From contig NC_081386.1 in assembly GCF_030684315.1 (NCBI RefSeq), forward strand, positions 12,905,914-12,969,913: a DNA stretch of 64,000 nt, in the 5' to 3' direction. Below, in pieces: positions 26,031-39,239 of the stretch; the first letter of the stretch is position 1; each line of letters starts with the position of its first letter. A program made the translations under genes and the position numbers. The notes under the pieces were generated by a model. That model was not told the DNA's origin. It did no database searches and saw nothing but the letters and a program-made list of their open reading frames with translations. This stretch comes from Stegostoma tigrinum (taxonomy: Eukaryota).

Positions 26031-26400
26031 TTCTTGGTGTTCATGAGTTGTTGACGTACAAACCCAGCAGCAGGATTTGCACTTCACCTCCCTTTCTAGG
26101 GAAATCACCGAAATATTCACGTAAGAAAACAGCGAAAGAAGGAAATCTCCTTTGCTCGTAGGATAAGGGAGATCTTTCCTCTCGCAGTGCAGAGCCTTTG
26201 AGCTCTGTCAGTGCACTTTTCTGAAAGGGCAAGCAAGCTGAAGCGTATCTAAAAACTAATGCTGTCAACAACAAATATTCAGTCAAGTTCATATCCACAT
26301 GTCTATTTCTTTTGGTAGATGTGCACCAAACTTGAAGGGCATGTTGGTGGATATGAACTTTTGTACTAGTTCTTGACACAAAAAGCATAAACCTATGTAC

Positions 26401-26500
26401 CTCTGCAAACCGTGGTTTGGCAAAGGTATAGAAGAAGCGAGTGCAAACAACTGGTCTCACAGAGGCTTGAGGGAAATCCTGAGTGCCGATGTCACTGTAC
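26401..26500 (-). CDS. Coding exon (RYSDIGTQDFPQASVRPVVCTRFFYTFAKPRFAE)
   Basis: tgtgcgttcttgcag|100 nt|gtacat. Only phase 2->0 is open. Confidence 0.7.
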
Positions 26501-27985
26501 CTGCAAGAACGCACAGTACTTTAATTTCTCTTTAAATGCAATGCCTACATTTTCATAACCAGTATAAAGTCATCAGTCAAAGAATGGTAATTAATAGGAC
26601 AAGTAGATAAGCAGAAAGTGAATCCGCCCACGATGAAATTTCTTTTTAATGCTCAGTAAGATATTACTTTCTTGTTTGCCTGTGGCTTGTATTTTGGTGC
26701 TGTGTTTAGCAAATTTAGAGTGCATTACGGATAATGCAGTAATTGGTAAATCTGCACCGAAGCACCCTGCAGCTTCTTCTGAAGGCATCATCTGTCTCCG
26801 TTCTAACCCTCATAGCTCTTGCAACTGGTTAGATCCAATTAAAACCCTGCAGACTATTTGTCAAGGAAAAAACTGGAACCCAATATTTGTTTTAAAATAA
26901 TTGGCATGCAAATAGCTGCAAATGAGAAACAATGCAACGGAGACAACATAGGCTCCATTGAGCTGTCATAAGAACAGCCTATCACTATTACTAATCTACA
27001 GTTTCCATATTCCTTTTAAAAGGGAAATGCCTGCATTATCTAAGCTGTTTAATGTCACACTACATTCTTTGATTTAACACTAGTTATACAGCCCAGCAAA
27101 AGAGCAGTTTGAAGCTATTTCATGCTCTAGTAGATAACTGTTGTTTATTAACCATGTCGGCAAAACACAATGTCACTGTAACACAGGATTTTTATCTTAA
27201 TCTGTAATCTTTGATGTGTCAACACATCTATCTAGAACATTTAAATAAATGGCCAACTGGCACATTCATATTGGAGGCGAATCTTTAATATTAATCTTCA
27301 ATTGAAATTACAGGTGAACATTTGAAATCTGAACAATACCACTACTTAAAGCATCAATTAAAATTCGCATTCATGCAACTGCAAAGTTCACCTTTGAATG
27401 TTTACTATCAGTGATTACTTAATGCGTCAGTTGGCCACAGTATTTGATTAGGCAACAACGTAGGAAGTCGGGTGTAAACAAATTTCCAGAAAAGATGAAC
27501 ATTAGCTGTTTAATGTGGTGCAAGGGAAAACGTAACTTTTTTTAAAAATTATTTTATCTGTTTTTTCTTGTTTCTTACCAAAACATGAAAAAAGAGCTTC
27601 TTAGGTTTAGTCCCACAGTAGCATTTGTGAGCGAGGGCTTGAACATCTCAAGGGCATTGCGCCTGAAATTACACACACTACGGAACCATTTATCATTGGC
27701 TGACATGTGTCATGTTCCAGACTGGAGCAGGGAGAGGTTACAAGTGAAGACTGCTCCTTTGTTGATCAGCATCTAACATAACATAAGCGCTTATTTAAGA
27801 AAATAATAATAGAAGGAAAACTCAGCCATTCAGTAGCATATCATATATATTTGTATTTTTCTGCAAATGTCCATTTTCTAAAAGTGTAAATTTGGAATTA
27901 TTGACTTGTTTTGAGAAGAACAATTATTCAGCTATCCTCAAACTCAAGGTGAAAAATAACTTGTTTGTAAATCCTTTTTACTTAC

Positions 27986-28023
27986 CTAAGATAATGTTTC
28001 CTTTGCGAGAAGCAATGAGTATA
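27986..28023 (-). CDS. 38-nt exon (YTHCFSQRKHYL)
   Basis: gtgctgtag|38 nt|gtaagt with a consensus donor. Phase 0->2 matches the next exon. Confidence 0.6.
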
Positions 28024-28885
28024 CTACAGCACTGTAATAACATTGACCTGATAGACTAAGCTCCTGTAATTTCTCAAAGCACGAGGTTTATTAGCCAAAG
28101 TGCATTTGGTATGTGATTGGACAGGTTAATACTGGCAAATTCCATTCAGCCTCTTTGAAGGTTGTAGCTCCAAAACATGTTTGAAATATTAAATAACTAA
28201 TTCTACGCTTTTCCTCAACTTACATTGTTTTGTAAACAAATCATATCCAAGGTCTTGTTCTGTAAGAATCTGCCAAAAGATCTTATTTTTCTCTCCATAA
28301 TTATGTCGAATGTTTTGACTTATTTTTAACCACAATTTGCACAGTTTTGACACTGAAGCTGCTGCACTGAAGGCAGGAGGTTTTGCTGAAGTTTGCGCTC
28401 TTATTCCAGTTCAAAGACCTTGAAGCCAGTAAGTTTATGAGTGCAGATTTTTTTGATTGAATGCATTAAGCAGATGGCTTTTTCACATGTCCCTCAGACA
28501 TTTTTTGCAGGCTGGCAGGTCTCATCCTAAACCCCTGTACTGTAAACAACATTTAGCATGTTTAGAGCTTTGGTTTAGAAGCTGTTACAAAGTTTGAATA
28601 TCTGTAGCTAGTATTCCTGAAACAAGTCACATTGCATGATGTCACTGTGTATCATATATTAATGAGTAAAATTGTGGATACTGTGGAATAATTTCATTAG
28701 CCATTCAGCTGTTGGGTTTCAGAGTCCAGGAAGATCTCAGATCAAATTAAAGCCTGCCTGCACCATGCAGTCGTATATATTTCTTTGAAAGTCAACTCCG
28801 GCTCCCCCCACCTCACACACACATAAAACACAACCTCCATCTGATGCTGACCGGTGTGCCCATTCCCCCCACCCCCCCAAGCACC

Positions 28886-28905
28886 CACATGCACATGCGC
28901 GCGTG

Positions 28906-28942
<37 letters not shown>
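28886..28942. repeat. (CG)n/(CA)n compound microsatellite
   Basis: About 55 bp of alternating purine-pyrimidine sequence. Confidence 0.95.
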
Positions 28943-29129
28943 GGCCTCCTGCTCAACGTTGACCAGTGCTCACATTGGGCATGTTCTTGTGACTGAATAG
29001 GGGTGTTGTGTGAATTGGAGTATTCATCTGGTCCAATCCACTTGAATGCTGCCCTACGCTCAGTCACTAGATGATGGAATTGAATTAGTAGAAGAATTGA
29101 ATCACACTCTGATGTCTCCATGTCTCCAT

Positions 29130-29325
29130 TGTTAGGTGGCTTGGCCATGCTATATTGCCCATAGTGTTTAGGGATGTGCAGGCTAAATGGGTGGCCTTGG
29201 GAATGCAGGGTTACAGGCATAGGATAGAGGAGTGCGTCTCGGTGGGATGCTCTTCAGAGGGTCAATGTGAACTCGATGGGCTGAATGGCCTGTTTCCGCA
29301 CTGTAGGGTTCCTATGATTCTGTGT
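29130..29325 (+). mobile_element. HE1-like SINE, 3' part
   Basis: Homologous to 7005-7177. Confidence 0.75.
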
Positions 29326-29391
29326 CCTTTAGCTGAAATCCCTTTCCATGGAGAATTCCCCAGACAGCTTCAGAAGAGACCAGGAACTCAC

Positions 29392-29444
29392 CTTCCTTAG
29401 TTCTGATCCCAAGCCGAAAGCTTCAAGGAACTTTCTTCTGTAAA
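29392..29444 (-). CDS. Exon (VYRRKFLEAFGLGSELRK); acceptor position uncertain
   Basis: Consensus donor AAG|gtgagt. Acceptor ttttcctag gives phase 1->0, and other AGs lie nearby. Confidence 0.6.
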
Positions 29445-29889
29445 CTAGGAAAACTTTCTGAGGCCTTTTTACCTTTGAATGAATAAACTGTGATTTGACA
29501 ATAATATTGCAAATAATGCATTGTATTTTTAATCAAATAGTTACCCAGCTTTGAAAGAATTCAACCTTCATTAAAAACATTGGAGCCATGGTCTTGGCAT
29601 GTGAAGACATTGTCTCCTATCAATTAAAAACCATCAATGCTCTAATTTAGTCTGTGTTGACAATCACAAGGTCGTATTCTGTTAAGAGTCATAATCAATA
29701 TATAATAAAGCTGTCAAAGCAGGAATAATAGAGTATGAATGGAAATTTTGCCAGCAAGTTTCTAGCGAGTAACTGATGTAATGAGTAAACAGTAGAGATC
29801 TCTATATGTCTGAACTGGTCTTAATCATGTCACCTTACTGTAGGCTCCCTCTTACTGTCATTGTGCTTCTCAACACTTTGGTCACCTTT

Positions 29890-30440
29890 AAGGACATTGG
29901 TTAGGCCACTATTACAATACTGTGTTCAATTTCGGTCTCCCTGCTATTGGAAAGATGTTGTGAAACTTGAAAAGGATTCAGAAAAGATTTGCAAGGATGT
30001 TGCCAGGGTGGGAGGGTTTAAGATTGAGATTTAGGGAATGGCTGGGGCTATTTTCCCTGGAGCATCAGAGGCTGAGGTGTAACCTTATAGAAGTTTATAA
30101 AATCATGAAAAGTATGGTTAGGATGATTTTCCAAAGTCTTGTCCCAAGGGTAGGGGAGTTTAAAACTGGAGGGCTTAGGTTTAAGATGAAGGGGGAAAGA
30201 TTTTAAAGGGACCTATGGGGCAACTTTTTCACACAGAGGGTGGCATGTGAATGGAATGAGCTGCCAGAGGTGGTGGTGGAGGCTGGTACAATTACAACAT
30301 TTAAAAGGCATCTGGATAGGTATATGAATAGGAATGATTTAAAGGAATAAGGGCTAAATGCTGGCAAATTAATTTAGGATATCTGGTTGGGAGGGACGTG
30401 TTGAAACAATGGGTCTATTTTGCTGTTGTACATCTGCATG
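29890..30440 (+). mobile_element. CR1 LINE 3' fragment
   Basis: ORF 29967..30206 has RIQKRFARMLPG...LGLFSLE..RLRCNLIEVYKIM. Confidence 0.9.
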
Positions 30441-31236
30441 ACTTCAAGTGACTTAACAGAAATAAAAGAAAGACAAAACGTTCAAATAAAATAAGCGGAA
30501 GAAAAATACAAGGACTGAAAATATAACATCCTATGGCTGGTTTCCACTATTAGTGCAGGTTCTGATCGCTCAAATTTGAGATTGAACTTTGAAACATTTA
30601 TGCTCGAAATCAAGAAGAGAATATTTACAACAGTGTCTGGGCCATTTGATTTTGCAGTAAATGCAAAGAAACAACCGAGAATTGAAGAAATATGTATCAG
30701 AGGAAATGAAAAGGCAGTTGATAGAAGAGAGCCACAAGTAAAATCAATATTTTCTGTTACTACTGGGACAAGTAGCTTTGGAAGTCGAGACCATTAGACT
30801 TTAGTGAACAATATTCCTGGGCCAGTAACTTGGTGACATGGAGGAGAGAATGAAAAGTCCAGGTCTACAGGGGAGGGAAGTAATATAAGTGAATTACTCA
30901 TGGGAAATAGGGTTAGCTGTATTTACTTTTTTACAGGTAGTCTATATAATAACATTATTTAAGTGTCAGGTTTGTCAATGAGAGTTGACCTCAAAATGTT
31001 CTGACATAAGGCACATTCTCTTAGAACAGAGGCAAGTGAAGATACTTTACTGTTTAAGTTAATGGAATAATCAAATTGAGATCTTAGAGAAGTAATTAGC
31101 TTCCTAACCTGTATAGCTAAATGAAATAAATTGTCAAACAAAAATACTTTAATTGTAAGTTGCTGTCAGTCATTTACTGCATATGTTATACAGTGTGGAT
31201 CATACAGCAGTAAAAGACTGAATCTTATTCACATAC

Positions 31237-31258
31237 CTTTAGTTTTACTTGCTTCCAT
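31237..31258 (-). CDS. 22-nt micro-exon (MEASKTK)
   Basis: tctctatttttaaag|ATGGAAGCAAGTAAAACTAAAG|gtatgt. Confidence 0.6.
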
Positions 31259-31282
31259 CTTTAAAAATAGAGATGCATTTTG

Positions 31283-31296
31283 GTTGTTATGGAAAC
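31283..31296. promoter_or_regulatory. RFX X-box-like motif
   Basis: GTTGTTATGGAAAC, reverse complement GTTTCCATAACAAC. Confidence 0.3.
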
Positions 31297-32983
31297 CTGA
31301 GTTTGACTGCTTACTTTTTTTTATTCCCATGGCTGACTAAATGATTAGCTTTAATATCAGTTCCATGTATTTGTAATTTCTATGGCCAATTGTACATGCA
31401 TGACCTTTAACCAAGGGATGGATTCAGATATAAATTAGTCCCCCACATGTTTTTATACGACAATATAGGTTTGACCTTAACTGCACCTAGTTATCGCAAT
31501 ATTTAGTGCAAAGTGATGCATCTACTGTCATTACTGCACCAACATCGATTGTTAGAGCAAAATATAGCCTATTCACTTGAAGGGATGTCGGATAAGAGCA
31601 AATACTGCTCTAGAATAGTTCAGTCCCCTTTAGGATTTTTGATTTGTTTCCACAACACTGAAAGGCTGTCTCGCCTAAAAACAAATGGATTATTTTTACA
31701 GCCGCAGTTTAGTTAATAACCTGAGGTGACTGTATTTTTCGCTCCATTAATTACCCTTCGATAACTCAGTCACACAATAATCATATCTAGCTATGCAGCT
31801 GGCCCTCATGCCACATCATGGGACTTTCCCAGCCATGGTTTATGGCTCTGAGAGGTCACTGTAGGCTACTTGCTCATGGTTCTCCTTCGCCTTGTGCCCT
31901 TCTCCAAAATTACAGTGATCGGTGTCCTATCAAACTCATGCCGTCCTCGGCCTGGATACTGCAGTAGGCAATGGATTTACAGAACTTCCCAGTATCATTT
32001 ATTGAATGCCTCACCATTCAATACCCTTCTCTGTTTTAATCTGTCTGATTCTCACTCTAATCCTTCAGTATGTTGTGTTCTACTTTATTTTCTGCAACTT
32101 GACCTCTATTTTCCACTCTCCTGGCTCTTGCTGCCTTTTCATAGCTGTTCTTTCTTGAGATGCATTTTGTCTCTCTCATAGGCATGCAAACATCATTGGC
32201 CAACTTACCGATCCCATTATGAATGATTGCTGCATACATACCTGTCAATGGGAAGTATCAATATTTGTGCTGTTCATATCCTCGTTTGAATCTTCCATTT
32301 TTAAAATGTCCTCAAATGTTTTGTGCCTGTACTTGTCCAGCTTTCATGTATTATATGCAATGATGGCATTCACAATGATGAATCCTGTGCATTGTCTGAA
32401 TCTGGTCTTAATGAAATAAATAGGAATATGTGCTTTAGTTCTGAACATGTCTATCCGTGCCAAACTTTCTCTTTAGGTCATGAACTTGCACAATTGGTTT
32501 TTAACACCCATCTGTGTTACAGCCCTGTCATGCTCAACCCCTATCTCCTATCACCTTTGCAGGTCAAGAGGTCTTCCACAATGGTATATTAACCCCAGGA
32601 CATAGGCCTAGAGCTCTGTGTTACCACTTCAGTGACATTCTCACTCCCCGCCTGCCTCCCCTCTATCCAGTCCCCGAACATAAGCCAATATGACTTGGCA
32701 AATGTACTATTTCTCTCATTCTTTATTCGTCATTTCCTTTAACTCATTTCTTGCAAAAATTCTCATCAATGAAGCTGTTTTGCATTATTGAAGTTCTTAA
32801 GAGGGTTTTACACAGTAATGTAATTTTAGCATTTTACAATGTAAGATTATAGAGACTTTTCAGCCCTGTTGTTTATAACCTTCAAAAATAATTATCTCAA
32901 GGAAAATATTATTTATTTGGACAATAGAATCTTTCAGAGATCAGAAGAGCCCTTTCTCCAGGGATGTGACCAAGCAATGACTC

Positions 32984-33188
32984 TGAAATAACTGCACAGA
33001 GCCTGGTATCTCTTCACTAAGTCACCAACTATTTACACGTTCACAGTACACTGGCTGCAGTCAGCAGCTCAGAGTCAGTTGCCTGCACTCTGTTTATATT
33101 GGTCAGCCAGGGCTTTCCTGATTGGCGCAGGTTGACAACACCAATCAACATCACAACCAATGAGGCCGACCTGGTTCCAATCACTACA
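32984..33188 (-). mobile_element. Solo LTR (Gypsy-type)
   Basis: TG...CA termini, 5-bp TSD GACTC (32979-32983 and 33189-33193), homologous to 56902-57141. Confidence 0.7.
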
Positions 33189-33809
33189 GACTCCCTCTGT
33201 CATGTTCACACTGTGTCTTCCTTCTGGCGTCTCTTACTATAGTGCTGTACAATTTTGACAGTGAGTCTTCAACAGATCCGATGTCCTCCACACATACTTT
33301 GTTCACAATCAGTGCCTAGAATTCCATTTTGCTCACTGAAGTATCAAGTCTAAGATTATTGTGCGATTCTACTAGAGTCTTTCTTTTCAGGTTGAGGTTT
33401 AATTTTATACAGCACAGAGCTATACAAAGCTGGGAGCAACCCTGGAACCGTTTAGTATTGATGACTAGGTTAAAGATTCTGTAATAACAACATTGGCAAG
33501 ACAAAATGAGTTTCATATGGAGCACAACTGGCCTTTCAGTGTAATGGTGGTAGGTGATGATCTCGTGTAGTATACTGAGTCTATATGAGATAAAAAGCAA
33601 AGCTTAAAAACTCCAGGACAGCCTGCAAAGTGTAGGTGAAGAGCATTTCATGAACTCACTAGAAAAGCCAAAACACCAAAGGACAATGAAGAATAGAATT
33701 GTGAACGAGATAAAACCAGTATGTCACAGGAGTATTTAGAAATGTTAGGGGAGACAGGCAACTTTTACAACCACTGACAAGATGGTACATGGATTTAGAT
33801 CTAATTATT

Positions 33810-34215
33810 CATTCACAGGATGTGCCCATTCCTGACTGGGCCAGCATTTATTATCCCTAATTACCCTTGAGCAGACTGTGGTGAGCTGCCTTATTATTCC
33901 TTTGCAGTCAATTTGGTGCCACTCAAACAGGCTACTTTGGCTGGATAGTGTCTAACTTCTTCAATGTTGTTGGAGCTGCTGTCATCTAGGAAAAGCACAC
34001 TGCTGACTCTTCTCTTGTAAATAGTGTAAAGGCTTTGAGAAGTCAGGAGATGAGTTAGTCAGCACAGATGCCTAGGCTCTGACCAGCTCTTGTAGCCAGT
34101 GTAGTTGTTTGCCAGGTCCAGGCTCTGGTCAGTGGATACTGCCAGTGGGGGATTTAGTGGCGGTAATGCCATTGAACATCAAGTGGTAATGGGTTAGATA
34201 CTTTCTCATTGGAAT
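33810..34215 (-). mobile_element. CR1/L2-type LINE 3' remnant
   Basis: Shares the gggccagcatttatt...ccttgag...gagctgcc tail with 1660-1752. Confidence 0.55.
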
Positions 34216-34289
34216 TGCATGTATGTGTCTTTATCAGAGCCAAAATTGAATTGCAAGCAATCAGAAATAATCAAACAGCAAGTGCATTT

Positions 34290-34510
34290 ATTTCCAAAAA
34301 CAGGGACAGAAATTGCTGGAAAAACTCAGTCAGTCTGGCAGCATCTCTGGAGTCAGAGTTAACGTTTCAGATCTAATTGCACTGAACTGCTCCTGTTATG
34401 TTAACTCTGCTTTCTCTCCACAGACGTTGCCATAACTACTGAGCTTTTTCCAGCAATGTCTGGTTTCATTTCTGATTTCCAGCATCCTCAGTTCTTGGCT
34501 TATTTTTCAC
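34290..34510. mobile_element. Fold-back short element, family 2
   Basis: Inverted arms homologous to 25810-26030. Confidence 0.7.
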
Positions 34511-34953
34511 TTTTCTTTTCAAGCCTTGTTCGTTTCAATGGAAAAGTTTTTGTTTTATGTTGAAATTTCTGGCAAGTGGTTGTGTGGAAGGTCACATGCG
34601 GAAGGTTAATGATGATCAGATTGGCACAAGTCATAAAATTGTAAAAGACAGAAGATTTTCTGCCAAATGCGTCTGTACTACTTTTTGAAGGTTCACTTCC
34701 ATTATATTGGGCTATACCATGAAATTGAACAGATGCAATTTAGGCTGTGTGATTTTATTCATGAAAAAGACATCACACTAGGATTGTGAAAGTGGAGAGG
34801 ATGATCTAAAGTCTCCTTCACTGCAGTAACTATTTCTGTTATATGGGACTGCTTCACTGGGTCTGTAACCGTTCTGTAAGTGTGCATTTACACTGTAAGT
34901 TTATACGCTTCACAACAATACGTTTAGCGTCTGGTTCTCATCTGACTACAAAG

Positions 34954-35055
34954 TCTGAAATCACATGACATCAGGTTGTACCTGTTGGACTATAACCTAG
35001 TGTCATGCGATTTCTGACCTTGTCCACACTAGTCCAACCCTGGGATCTTCACATC
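34954..35055. mobile_element. Hairpin short element, family 3 (ctgttggactataacctggtg), probably Penelope-derived
   Basis: Exact 12-bp TSD ctgactacaaag and an internal inverted repeat. A second fragment lies at ~41185-41255. Confidence 0.7.
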
Positions 35056-35459
35056 CTGACTACAAAGGGAAGAAGTACAAAAGCCCCTGGAGGGACTTTG
35101 ACACCAAATAGAGTGTAATTCTAGTGCTGTGTTACATTGGAGTTCATAATTATTCAGAAGATGGCTTTGACTTCATTAGCACCTTTTAAACTTAGTCAAA
35201 ACTGCTCTGGGATTGTGAATATTCCAGCTAATGATTAAAATTTGATGCCTGTGAGCAGAATCTTGCAGGAATGTTCAGTTCCCTTCCCTGGTTGGGAGGA
35301 ATGAAATCAGAGTCGGTGAGTCTAAACAAGGTATTGCTGATTGGAACCCTTACTGCATTTATCAGTGTTAAATTTTAAATAGAGAATCTGTGCTGAAGCA
35401 AATTGTAAAGGCAAAAAAAAGCTTGTGTTTGCACAGTTCTGAAGTAGGTCCGTAACAAA

Positions 35460-35780
35460 GAAAGGTGAAATACTACACATGTTGGAGACACAAAATAAAA
35501 ACAAAAAATACTGGAGAATCTCAGCAGTTCCAGCAGCATCTGCGAAGGGAGAAGCAGAGTTAATTCTTCTAGAAATTGCTGGAAAAGCCCAGCAGGTCTG
35601 GTGGCATCTGTAAAGAGAAATCAGAGTTAACATTTCAGGTTGTCTGAGGAAGGGTCAGTTGACCTGAAATGTTAGCTCTGATTTATTTCCACAGACGCTG
35701 CCAGACCTGCTGAGCTTTTCCAGCAATTTCTGGTTTTGTTTCTGATTTAAGCGTCTGCAGTTCTCTTTGTTTTATTTCGT
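35460..35780. mobile_element. Tandem/nested fold-back elements, family 2
   Basis: A left arm at 35460-35565 plus a full palindrome at 35572-35775. Confidence 0.7.
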
Positions 35781-37029
35781 ATTTTGAAAGCTCATTTATA
35801 TTGAACCAAAATATGCCTATATAACATGTGGCAAAACAATTTCAATTAATCTTAACATTATGACAATGGGTTTTAAAGGACATGATGGCATGTTTAATGC
35901 AGTTGTAATTACAGTCTCCCCAATAACATTGGACCTGATGATCATGGGCGACTGTCTATATTGAGTGATTGTGGGTAATCATTTGTGATTTCCACTTGCA
36001 AAGACATTGCTCAACTTCAGCAGGTATTTTGGGCAATTCAGAATGCAATTCTGGTGTTTAATGATTTATCCAAGGAGAGGACTACAGTGCTATACAATGC
36101 CCTGGTTCGCATCTGGGTTTAATTTTATTTCTGGCTGAGGCTTGAGAGAAGTGCACAATGCCAATTATCAGCTGTAGACTTGAGTGGTTAGACATCTTTG
36201 ATAGGAACTAAATTGGATGCGTGTGTGTCATTGTGCTGTCTTAGTCTTACAGCCAGCAACTTAAGAACTACATCCTCTAAGGTCTTGGCTGGATGAGGCA
36301 GGAAATCTAGACCAGATTTGAGTTCAGTAAGTAAATGTCTCAAAGATTCAACAGCTTTTAGTTGATGACTGGAATACCACCTACATCTTTTAGTAAGTGA
36401 ATCCCATTAATATTATGTGGCCTCCCAGAAACAGTGGGCACTGTGCTACTATATCATTAGAATATTGAAAGGAAGAACTTGCATTGATAACAAATCTTTA
36501 GGATGAACAAACTGAGTTGAGGACGTTGAATCACTCTTAAATCTGGTCACTGCTGACTTTTATGTTGATCCAGAAGCTAAATTGTATCCAAAAGTCTCAC
36601 CAATAATAACCAATATACCAGTTTTCAGAAACATTGGAGGATGGATGAATGACACAGGTCTTTTACCAAGAGTATCAGGTGACTTTGCACACCCATCGCA
36701 GCAAGCAGACATCCTAGCATTAAAACCACACCAGTACTGATTGGAACATTAACCTCGATAATAAACACATGTCTTGGAGTGGAGTCTGAACCAACAGTGT
36801 TTTGGTCTCCAAAGGAAGAGTGTGGGCGCTGAACCAAACAGCGAGTGCTGTAATGAAAACAAAAAGTGCTGGAAGCCATGGGGGTCAGGCAACAGCCATG
36901 GAGAGAAAGCAAGCTGAGATTTTGAGTCTCGATGACTCTTCTTCAGAGTTGATGTAATTCCACTAAAAATGAGGGTCCAACACATTGGAATCGCACGTGT
37001 TTATATAATTTCAGGAACACGGACTCGTT

Positions 37030-37550
37030 ATGATGCAGAATGAGGCCATTCAGCCCGTCATGCTTGCACTGGCTCCTCAAACAAGTATCATCCCTTACTC
37101 CCTATCTTCTGCCTTTTCCAAATGCCCTTTCCCACTATTCCTATCCAAACAATCATCCAATGCCTTCTTCATTGCTTCTGTTGAACCTACCCCCTAACAA
37201 CGTTTCCAGGAAGTGCATTCCACACCCCAGCTACTCACTTGGGTGAGTGAGTTCTTTCTCATGTCGCTGTTGCTTTTTTTGCACATCACTTTAAATCCAT
37301 GCCCTCTTATTCTTGTTTGTCTTATGATTGGGAGTATCTTCTCCCTGCATACTCTTTGCAGCCCGCTCATGAGTTGGAAGCCTCAGTTAGATCTGCTCTC
37401 AGCCTTCTTCCCTCCAGGGAGAACAGTCCCGACATCTTCAATCTGTAACTGAAGCTTCTCGTTTCTGGTACCATTCCTGCGAATGGCTTCTGCACGCTGT
37501 CTGATACGTTCACACCTTTCCTGTGATGTGGCACCCGTATTTACCCCAAA
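37030..37550 (-). mobile_element. Degenerate CR1 3' fragment
   Basis: aggccattcagccc tail and reverse-strand RT C-terminal remnants. Confidence 0.6.
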
Positions 37551-37772
37551 TAGAGCTATCTGCGGCAAAGTAGAGCAGAAAGATGAGATGATTCAAACTT
37601 GTGACCTTGGTCTCACCTCCCAAATTGGCGCGTACTATAATGTGAGACAGTAATTTTCACTGGTGTGCGGTGAATTGGAGCGGGTCTCCATTTAAGCTAA
37701 CTCTGAAAAGCCCTGACTGATAGGAAGGAAATAATTGTTGCCAAGTTCAAGCAATGCCGCCTCGTCAGTTAC

Positions 37773-37874
37773 TTGCCACCACTTTCCTGATCTATAAAGC
37801 CCTGTAGCTCTCTTCTTGTGGATTGAGGAGTCAACTATTCTGACTGAGGCAATTTCCCGGCAGAACTTTGGCAG
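37773..37874 (-). CDS. Coding exon (LPKFCREIASVRIVDSSIHKKRATGLYRSGKWWQ)
   Basis: Pyrimidine tract...catattgcag|102 nt|gtaact. Only phase 0 is open. Confidence 0.75.
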
Positions 37875-37969
37875 CTGCAATATGTGCCAGAGCCGAAATA
37901 AACCACAGGAAAGTACAGATAAAATACAAGATGTTGGGAACTGTAGGGTGTAACTGGCTGTTTACTCAC

Positions 37970-38003
37970 TGAATTGTTCCCGTCCTCCTCTACTCCTTTG
38001 GTG
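37970..38003 (-). CDS. 34-nt exon (HTKGVEEDGNNS)
   Basis: tttctttgtttttctcccttggcaaag|34 nt|gtgagt, followed by a 95-nt intron. Confidence 0.7.
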
Positions 38004-38945
38004 CTTTGCCAAGGGAGAAAAACAAAGAAATAAATATGGGAAATTCAGATAAATAAATACACAAGTAATCAGACAGATTGTAAAAACACCACCAGAGGAT
38101 ATGAGACTTGAAATGCTGTTTGTTGAATCTAACTGAAGATTAATTCTTAATATATTTTTAAGACAGCTCAAGCTACTTTCCTTGAACTCAAATTTAAATA
38201 GTCTGGTCTGATTTGCAAAACATTTCCATTGCACCTTCTTTATTGTTGTAATGTTGTACAAGTTCTTCATTTTTTGATAGGTCAAAGAGGGTAAAGTAGT
38301 CAGTAAATGAGAAGATTGAGTCTTTGACAGATGCTAAATGTAACACGTGGCCGGTGGAAGCAGTTAAAACAACTCAAAACGTGTGACTTTACTGCCCTCT
38401 GCTGTTTGCCCATTGCAAGAGCATAATTAGCTGAAGATTTAATGATTTTCAATCATACAGAACATTTCTTAAAAATAACATTTAAAAATCTACAGTTTGA
38501 CAAGTTGAACGCAGCTAACTTTGCCAAGAGTTAATAAGATGGACTTGTGGACAATAATTTGTAAAAGATTGAAATTTAAAATGACTTCAGTCAAGATAAA
38601 TTCTCCTTTATAAAATTAAATCAACTGATCAGATTCCTTTAAAAATAAATCCATGATTCCTTGCAACTCTTACATAACAGGAAGTGTTATCACGAAAAGT
38701 GAAATTTGTTTCAGTCAGGATGTCTTTTGAATAAGTTACCAGATATTTATCAAAACAACCACTGAGATGTTGAGATATTTTCTAATCAACCTGCTCAGAG
38801 ATGTTATTATATACCTCTAGAGTAGGTGAGAGTTGAATGCAAACCTCCAGGCTCAGAGGTAGGGACATTACTGTTGTGTCACAAGTGCCCCTCACCGAGG
38901 TGTTAATTGTATCAATTAAAGTGTCTACAGGTGTTGGGCACTCAC

Positions 38946-38971
38946 TGGATAAACACTTGTTGGTAAAAGTG
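38946..38971 (-). CDS. 26-nt micro-exon (HFYQQVFI)
   Basis: tttctaattctaaacccag|26 nt|gtgagt, phase 0->2. Confidence 0.6.
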
Positions 38972-39051
38972 CTGGGTTTAGAATTAGAAACTGTACATTT
39001 GTGATTTCTTGCCTTCTGAATGAATCGAACAGTGAGTAAAGGTTGACTTAC

Positions 39052-39069
39052 AGACGCCTCCTTCATCAT
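39052..39069 (-). CDS. 18-nt micro-exon (MMKEAS), or 22 nt if the upstream AG at 39073 is used
   Basis: ttctaatag|gcag|ATGATGAAGGAGGCGTCT|gtaagt. Confidence 0.6.
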
Positions 39070-39239
39070 CTGCCTATTAGAATTTTAATAATCGGGTGTC
39101 ATTGTAAATTAATTTTTATTGACATTTAACAAAACCTTCTCACAAGAATGGGCATTCACAAATGATTAAAGCAGAAGACTATACGATTTATTTACAGCAA
39201 TCAAAATGGACCTACTGGGAGAAATAAACCACCTTTTTA

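Noticed and set aside
26041-26514. 157-aa ORF as a single gene
   Set aside because: Only 26401-26500 is bounded by good splice sites. The rest looks like open intron.
32242-32406. Minus-strand exon-like segment with a gtatgt donor
   Set aside because: Stops in all three frames.
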